This document shows, piece after piece, positions 24,855-64,000 of a stretch of DNA of 64,000 nt (position 1 is the stretch's first letter; every line of letters begins with the position of its first letter). The notes below the pieces were generated by a model, which saw only the letters and a list, made by a program, of their open reading frames with translations, was not told the DNA's origin and made no database searches. The translations under genes and the position numbers were made by a program. This DNA is from Lama glama (taxonomy: Eukaryota). Location of the stretch: the NCBI GenBank assembly GCA_028534125.1, contig CM052818.1, positions 9,612,001 through 9,676,000 on the forward strand, written 5' to 3'.

Positions 24855-26029
24855 CGCTCTGGTGTCAGAATCTAAGCTTTCCTGTTTTTTATGCTCCTGA
24901 ACACATCTCTGGCTGAGGTTTACAGTGTTAGCCATTTAAAGGTATCACGTCACATAGCAGTATGGTTCTCAACCCGTCTATAAAATAGAGTCACCTGGTG
25001 ACTTTAAAAAAAAATACCAACTCTAGGCCCGAGTCCAGAACCACTGTCAGAGAGATGAACACTGATTTGCTGGGCAAAGCTAGATGTCATTTAACATTCA
25101 GCTCCACTGCTTACTGGGAAAAAGTCATCTTTCTTCTCTGAGTATATATGACTGCATATACTCATGCTGTCATGTGACTACTTACGGTTAATAATGAATA
25201 CACTTCAGTGACCCCCTCAACTATATGTTCCTGATATAAAATAATTCTGTCAGTTGCCTACATTTCTCAACAAAGCTTCACTTTTTCTTAATTTTTCTGA
25301 CATTCTCTTAATTTTAATGGTTGATAGCTTATAGTTGGCTCAATATTTTTTTCAGGGGGGAACAAATTAACCACAGAGAAGCATAGTCAAAAACAACAAT
25401 CCACCACTCAAAATTAACAAATGTGAACAGTTATGTTTGTTTCATATACAATTTTACTAATAGAGCGTAAGTGTTGACTAGGGAGTCAATACCATCACCA
25501 ACAAAAGCAACAAGAACAGATGACTGCTAAACTGTAGCAATGTTGTGAGTGCAATACAGTTCCGGGAGAAGAGGTCAGTGGATTCATGGAGGAGGTGCTT
25601 GGAGCAAGGGGAAAACTTCCCACAGGCAGCAAAACGAGAGAGCAATCTAGGTGGGGGATCAATGTGAGTCAAGGACAAAAATGCGAGTGAGCACAATATA
25701 GTTATTTCTAAAAGATCTTCATGTGGTCTAATAATACCACTGAACACTTTTTGAGCACTTACCTCTGTTAGACACTGTGCTAAGTGCTTTCCATGCATGT
25801 TTTACCTTGTTTAACCCAGCAATAAGGTCATCAAGAGCACACTGCTCAGGTCATTCTTTTCTGTTGCCCCTAAACAAGCTGCCATATCTGGGTCTCAGTT
25901 TCTCCATCTGTCAAAATAAAAAAGGCAGATAATACTGTTCTCTGCATGGATATGTGCATATATGCACATATAAACACAAGAAGAGACTAAATAGAAAATA
26001 GTATACCTGTTAGGATAAACTGGTGGCTA

Positions 26030-27310
26030 AGTGGTAACTCTATGTTTAATTTCTTTTGAGGAAGTACCAGTCTGCTTTGCACAGTGGCTGCATTTGCCAC
26101 ATTCTTGGAAACATTATTAGTGGCTTCTTGGTGACAGCCATTCTATTGAGTGTAAAGAGTTAACTCATGGTGATTTCCACTTGCATTTCCCTGATGGCTA
26201 ATGATGTTGAGCATATTTTGAAGTGCTATTGGCCACTTGTATATCTTTGGAGAAATATCTGTTCAAATCCTTTACCATTAAAAAAAACTGGGTTGTCTTT
26301 TTAATGCTGAGTTGTAAGAGTTCTTTATAAATTCTGGATATAAGTCCCTTACCAGACTTATGATTTGTAGATATTTTCTCCCATTCTCTAGGCTATCTTT
26401 TCATTTTCTAGATTGTGTCCATTGAAGCACAAATGTTTTAATCTTGGTGAAGTCCAATTTATTTTTTCTTCTGTTGCTTGTGCTTTTAGTGCCATATCTA
26501 AGTATCCACTGCCAAATCCAGATTTGTGAAGATTTACTCCTGTGTTTTCCTCTAAAATTTTTATGGTTTGCTCTTACATTTAGGTCTTTGATCCATCTTG
26601 AGTCAATTTTTTGCATATGGCATGAGGTGTCAAACTTCACTCATTTGCATGAGGCTATCAAGTTTTCCCAGAACAATTTGTAGAAAAGCTAATTCTTTCC
26701 CCCATTGAATGATCTTGGCACTGTTGTTGAAAATCACTGGCCATAAATAGATGGGTTTATTTCTGGACTCCTAATTCTGTTTCACTGATCTGTATGTCTA
26801 ACCCTACGCTAGTATTACACTATCTTGATTACTGTAGTTTTGCAATAAGAGTTGAAATCCGAAAGTGTGAATCCTTTGTTCTTTTTCAAAATTGTTTTGA
26901 TAGTTCTGGGTTCCTCGTATTTCCATATGAATTTTAGGATCAGCTTGTCCATTTCTACAAAGAAGCCAGCTGGGATTCTGACAGAACTGTGATGAATCTA
27001 TAGATTAAGTTGAGGGTTATTACTGTTGTTTTCAGAGAATACATTTTATGTTTTTGTTAAATATTTTACTCTTTTGATGCTATTGTAAAGGGAATTTTTT
27101 AACTTTCATTTTCCTATTTTTCATTGCTGAGTATATAGAAATAAATTGATTTCTGTATATTGATCATACATTCTGAAGTCTTGAACTTAATTATATGTTC
27201 TAAGTTTCTTAGTGGATTTCTTAGGATTTTCTATATACAAAATCATGTCATCTGTGAATGCATAAAACAGTTTTACTTCTTTTCCAATTTGGATGCATTT
27301 CATTTTCTGG
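26030..27310 (-). mobile_element. L1MA/MB ORF2 3' region
   Basis: ORF remnants KIDSRWIKDLNVR and VKLFYAFTDDMILYIENPK (RT YADD region). Confidence 0.88.
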
Positions 27311-27369
27311 CATGGGAGACAAACTGCAAACCAACAAAAAAAGAAAAATATTGCAGTAATAATGTCAGA

Positions 27370-28200
27370 TTTGTACAGAAATAAAACTATGATAATGTGG
27401 CGAGAGTGGATTGGGCAGCTACTGACACTATGTAGACGGAAATGCCTCCTGTGTGATGACATCTGACCTAAAATCTGAATTATAACAAACAGCGTTCTAG
27501 ACAGTGGAAACAGCTGATGTAAAGGAACTGAAAGGTGGGACTGAGCTTACTTACTGGAGGATCAGGGGGCTAACGTGACTGGAATGTAGTAGAAGACGGG
27601 AAAGGAGACCTGAGAGGCAGCCAGGGGCTAGGCCATGTGGGGCTTTGTAACCCGAGCAGTGGAGGTTGGATTTTACTCTAGGTTGGATGGGGTGCTCCTG
27701 GAGTGTTAAGCAGGGAAGTGATGTGATCTGGCTCACATTTCAAAATCACTATAGATGCTTTGTGGATAACAGAGGTTGAAGTAGGAGCTTGAATCACTTA
27801 GAAGACTTTTATAGGATTTCACGTTAATGCTTGGAGTTAGTGCTTGGAGATGTTAATAACTTGGAGCGGTGATTATGGAGATGGGAGATAAGCAAATGGA
27901 TGTAGGGTAGGTCTGGGACTTGCTGATGAATTGGATGTGGGGAGTGAAGGAAAGAGAGCAATAATGAGTAATTGCTAGATATTCAGCTTGTGCATTTGAG
28001 CGAGCAGTAGAGCCATTTACTTAACAAGCAGGGAGCTGGTGGTGGGTGTCGGGGACTTACATCACAAGTTCTGTGTTTACTGTAAGATGGAGACCCCTAC
28101 TGGTATTCCAAATACAAATGTCAAGTAGGCAGTTGGACAACAGACTGTAAGCACAGAAGTGAGCGGGATTACTTGTTTTCAGTTTGAAGGAGCTGCCAGT
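27370..28200 (-). mobile_element. L2 fragment
   Basis: ttaagcagggaagtgatgtgatctggctcacattt, gacttgctgatgaattggatgtgggg, tcaagtaggcagttgga. Confidence 0.75.
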
Positions 28201-29509
28201 GAGCCAGGAGAGAATGTTTCAGGTGATCCAAGGTAAAATTGTTGAAGGTGTTGGAATGGGCTGATAGGCAGATTCCAATCCCAGTGTGTGGGTTACTTCA
28301 CCTCTCTGAACTTTCTCCTCCATCCATAAAATGGGGATAATACCTGATTTGGGAGCTTACTGTGAGACTGAAGGAAATAAGGCACTTAAGAGAGCTGGCA
28401 CCACCCTCAGCATACACATTTAACCACTACCCTTCTACACTACCTCTAGTTGGATAAGAATTAGGCTTGCCATAGACAAGTAGTAAGAGCAAAACTAGCT
28501 ACCTTTTCTCAAGATAGCTTGAGGAAAGATAATCTTGGAAGGAGAGCTGCTCTAAAACCACGCTGCAGCCTTCACTTTCTCACTTACTGAAAGTAAACCT
28601 CTTTGAAAACAGAGTAGGTCACTACCATATATCAGGAGATAGTTTTCCTACCTAGCTCTTCCTACAAATGTTTGCTCTGCTTAAATAAGGCAAGATGTTT
28701 AGTGTAACAAAGTAACAAATGATGCCACAACCACATTGAAGTACTAGGTGCCTCTATTCTTTCCTGCATTAAACACAAACACACATCAGCCTCAGCAACA
28801 TAAGCTATAGGAAGAGCGATAGCGATTTCTCATCTTAAAGAATTTAAGGGTACTTCCCAAATATTAAAATAACAACGCAACAACAACAGTTAACATTTCT
28901 GGAGAGCTTAGCACAGAGAATTACTATGCTAATTGTTTTAGATTTATAAATCATTTAATCCCCTCTAACTCCTATAAAGGTGGGAATAACATTATCCCCA
29001 TATTATCCTCTCCAATAGGTCAGCTTTAAATGAGAGAGTTAGCTTATTAGAATTGGACAGGCTAGGTATCCCAGTGCCTTTTAACTGAGAGGTGTGAAAA
29101 GGTGGGGTTCAAAATAGTCCCTCAATGAGTAGTTGAAGGTTGAAGAATTAATTCCAGGTACTGGAGATATTTTTCTTTTCTTTTTTTTTTTAACTAAGAT
29201 TTGCCTTTGGCAGATTGGCATGATAGGGCTTCAGCCTCAGCTTCCAAAACAATTAGCATATCTCACAATACCTGGTTGAGCGTTCTGAAGAAGGAAAGTA
29301 ACAAAGTGACACAAGAGTATGGAATCAGCACTGTTACCATATTACTCTTTCTGCAGTTTTTATCCCTTAAATGTTTTGGTGAATCTTTACCAAAAATCTC
29401 ATTTAAAACAATCTTAAAATTTGCAAATTTCACCTCTTCCATGAAAACCTGTCATCTAGGGCCCACTTAGACCTTTCTGAGAAGACGGAATGATCAAGGG
29501 ACTTACCAA

Positions 29510-31296
29510 ACAACTTTTGTCTTTAATGTTTATTTCAATTAAAGAAATGTGGATTTAGAATTAACGTAAGGTAAAACCTCAAAGTATTAGGCAAAAGAAG
29601 TGCTATTAAGAGTTTGATTAAAATGTTCGTGGTACCTGTGCCATGTACTACAGACAGACATTAACAAAATAAAAAGCGCACTCTGAAGAAAATCAGATTC
29701 TGATAAATTCTGTTCGTAAAAATCAATTCAGTGGTACAGTCCCCCCAGGGGAGAAGTAATATGCCCTGTTACCATCAGTTAAAAATCCAATGAGCATATT
29801 TCCCTCTTTTCGTTGTGACCATCACAGCACTATATAACATGTGCAAACCTAAATCCTTTTGATCAGAGAATACGGTAAACTAAGCAAGATTCTGGTATGT
29901 AAGTAACAGGGCATACAGATCATGTACTATAAAACATTTTCTTTTGAAAATAAAAATTTTATAATCTATTTAAAAAATATCAAACAACTGAAAACTATAT
30001 CAATTGCAATAAAATTTCCAAACAGTTCAATCTTGGCAAAGCCATACATATAACATCAAATAACACCCAGCTTCTTTTACCAACTATAATGCTCATTAAA
30101 GATAATGATTTCTATATGTGTAAACTGAGTGTAACATCTCAGCATTTCAACAGAAATTACTGCTTTTATACATTAGCAAGTCTGTCCTCTAAATAATTGG
30201 AAGAAATTTCCATTATAAGGCAAATGAAGACTAAAAATAGAAACAGTGCACCTTAAAGGTTTTTCAGAGACCTACATATAAGTAATTTCCAAACACATAA
30301 TTTTTGTATGCTTCTAATTTGGAACAAATTCTCCCTGAGCACTCTTTCTGCTTGGTTTGAAAAATTAAAACATGATCTATAGAATGGAATTTTATTTTGA
30401 TTTCTCTTGAATATATGCAATTTTTCATCTATCAAATGTATTTGGGAATCTTGCCTTCCACCCATCTCTAAAGTAGTAAATTACAACTGTTTTAAGGGGC
30501 TATTTGAATGGTGACAGATATATGGTTGAATTTTACTGCCCTGAGAACTGTACAGTGGGTGTCTCTTATAACTGAAATGATTTAATATCCTAAAACTATC
30601 AATAGTTATTTTAACAAATTCAGAATGGCACTAGCTTCACAGAGGGAAGAGGTAATAATCAGTAATTTCAGCTCAGATGACCAATAAATAAGCGTTAAAA
30701 AAAAAGTTGGATTAACATTGTGCTTTCTATGGAATAATGCTGGAAAAAATTAAGCCTCTGCCCAACACAGGAAATACCTCACCTTGAAACTTTATTTAAT
30801 GCAGTCTTAAGATCTGTTGCTCCTTAACAGTCATGCAAACTTAAAATTAGCATCACTGGGAACTTCATCACACAAATTGCAGTTCTCAGTGCTATCCCGA
30901 GATTTACAGCCCAAAAGACACTATCATCAGTGCACATGCACAGTACTACCATCTGCTGTGTTCCCCTAATTTTTAAGTCTAAAAACTCTTAGCTACTTTG
31001 AGAGTTTAGGCTTCTTCTCTTTCAAATAAATAAAGATAACAAATATCAGTAGTCTTAGCGTAGCCTAGCATCACACCAAAGGAAAACTAGATTTAAGAAG
31101 TTTCATATTTACAACTAGATTTCATAAGACCTAACTATGTATTTCCCTTAGCACTATGACTTATGCGACTTGCAAGAACAATTAACAAATAACTTAAAAC
31201 ATTTAGAAGTCATTGTTCTGAAGATCTTCAAGAAGTAAGCAATTCCAGACATCCACAGGTGTGTCTTCTCTCATCTTAGTTATATTTTAAGGTGCT
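29510..31296 (-). other. SANBR: SANBR 3' UTR (approximate)
   Basis: Repeat-poor, AT-rich stretch from the stop codon to the tandem poly(A) signals. The end point is inferred. Confidence 0.65.
29522..29534 (-). terminator. Tandem poly(A) signals AATAAA-C-ATTAAA, likely SANBR 3' end
   Basis: Plus strand reads tttaat (29522-27) g tttatt (29529-34); GT-rich sequence follows on the minus strand. Further AATAAA copies at 30391-96 and 30791-96 could be proximal sites. Confidence 0.65.
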
Positions 31297-62429
<31,133 letters not shown>

Positions 62430-64000
62430 TTATATGTGAATATAATCTGCTAGGCAACAACTAGAAAATTAGCACACATTTTGATACACAAAGCCTCTGA
62501 CAGATTTTTTCTTTTTCAAGATTCAGGGTAGAATTTTCTTTAATACGCTTTAACCCAATAGCATAATATGTTTATGCTCTCGTAGAAAAATGAAGAATGC
62601 CTTTATGAATCATATTTCCCCATGGTCTACAGCTATTATTAGTTGACAATTTTAATAATTTATTTAAAAACCTGGTTTTTACTTTTACATCAACTTTCTA
62701 CCAAAAACAAGACCAAATTCTAACTTTCAATGGAAATTAAACCAAAAAGCATCTGATTTGTGTACTAGATTTTCTTTATTAAAGTAATGAAGTCTTTGTT
62801 CTTACTAATAGTGAGTTTCGCCTTGCACAAAACACTGTAGTAACACTTCATGGCCACGTATTTGGGCACAGTTGTTCTAGCTCAGTGTTTTACCTTAACC
62901 CATCATTAGTCATGGAATCAATTTAGAGGGTCCAGATAAGCAATTCAAAAAAAAAGAAAATACAAAAGATTAGAAAATATCAAGAGTGGATTAATCATAG
63001 TAAGGTTAAGTAGTCTGTCATGAAAATGTCATTTCTAAGAGTGCACTGCAGCATAACACAAAATGCCTTCCTTAATGTGGGTCTTGGTCAGACAACAGTG
63101 ATACAGCACTCATGTTTAAATCTCCATCAACATCAACATGGATGGCAAGTTCCACAACTGACCAAGTAATCTGGGAGGTGCAAAAGGAGAAAAATACATT
63201 CCATGTATATGTGTATATGTTGACTGAATAATGCACTGGGTATGGCATCATTCATTTATTACACAAATATTTACCAAGTACCCACTAGATATTAAGCACC
63301 ATTTTCAGCAAGGATTGTTAAATAATAGTACTATAGTACTATTATCATAAAGAAATGCCTAATCCAAGCTTAGTCCTTTCAAAAGGCATTTAAAAGATAC
63401 GTAAGTGACCAAAAGATTATAAATCATTATGTATGTCCGTCTCTTTAAACAAAATCTTAAAACTAAATACAAATAACTAACATGATAAATGAGAAACAAA
63501 AAACATTTTCTGTATGAGGATAGAAAAAAGTAGTGATGAAAGTCTGGGCAAAGGAAAAAAGGCTGCAACACAATTAGAGAAATGTACAGATTCACAGGTA
63601 CATGTATAATGTATACGATAAAGAACAGAAATGGCTTAACTGAATATTTTTCTAACAAAATGAGTTTATTTTTTATAACACAGAGAAAGTGGTATGTAGG
63701 CTTTTAAAACAGATTCTTTTGGTATCTTTTAGGTAAAGCTTATAGATATATTGGAAACTGAGTGTAGATTTATCTTATTTAACAAAGCTTGTAATTTCTA
63801 ATACTTAAGAATAAGAAAATTATGAATCCTGAATATTTGAAATGAATACATGATTGCTTAAACAGAAAAGCAGTGGCCAGTGAATAATTTAAACTATACT
63901 GTTAAATGTTCTTTTGTGTTTAAGCAAAAATTACATGACATCTACATGCAAAAGAATAAGGTTTGATCCCCTACCTCACACTACATACAAAAATTAGCTC

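Overview
Mammalian genomic DNA, most likely a camelid, because it carries eight copies of a tRNA-derived SINE that I recognise as Vic-1-like. The right half (about 29.5-62.4 kb) holds 19 coding exons of SANBR (KIAA1841) on the minus strand. Splicing them by hand gives a phase-consistent, stop-free 2007-nt CDS (668 aa plus TAA) with GT-AG introns throughout. The first coding exon lies beyond the right edge of the window. A 3' UTR of about 1.8 kb ends at tandem poly(A) signals near 29.53 kb. A CpG-rich promoter-like island at about 10.2-10.5 kb is probably the C2orf74/divergent-lncRNA promoter, judged from recalled human synteny only. The rest is L1, L2, MIR, LTR and DNA-transposon remnants, a U6 pseudogene and a 500-N gap. 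Almost all ORFs in the supplied track are chance or repeat-derived. I see no convincing new multi-gene biological system. The best leads are retroposition oddities (an LTR-like retrocopy with poly(A) and TSD, SINEs with an L1-derived tail, an internally deleted L1 with a short 3' transduction) and SANBR isoform candidates (a stop-free in-frame 111-nt intron, a poison exon, an intronic terminal exon, an alternative donor, and an 81-bp tandem duplication next to an acceptor). Repeat family names are from memory and their boundaries are approximate.
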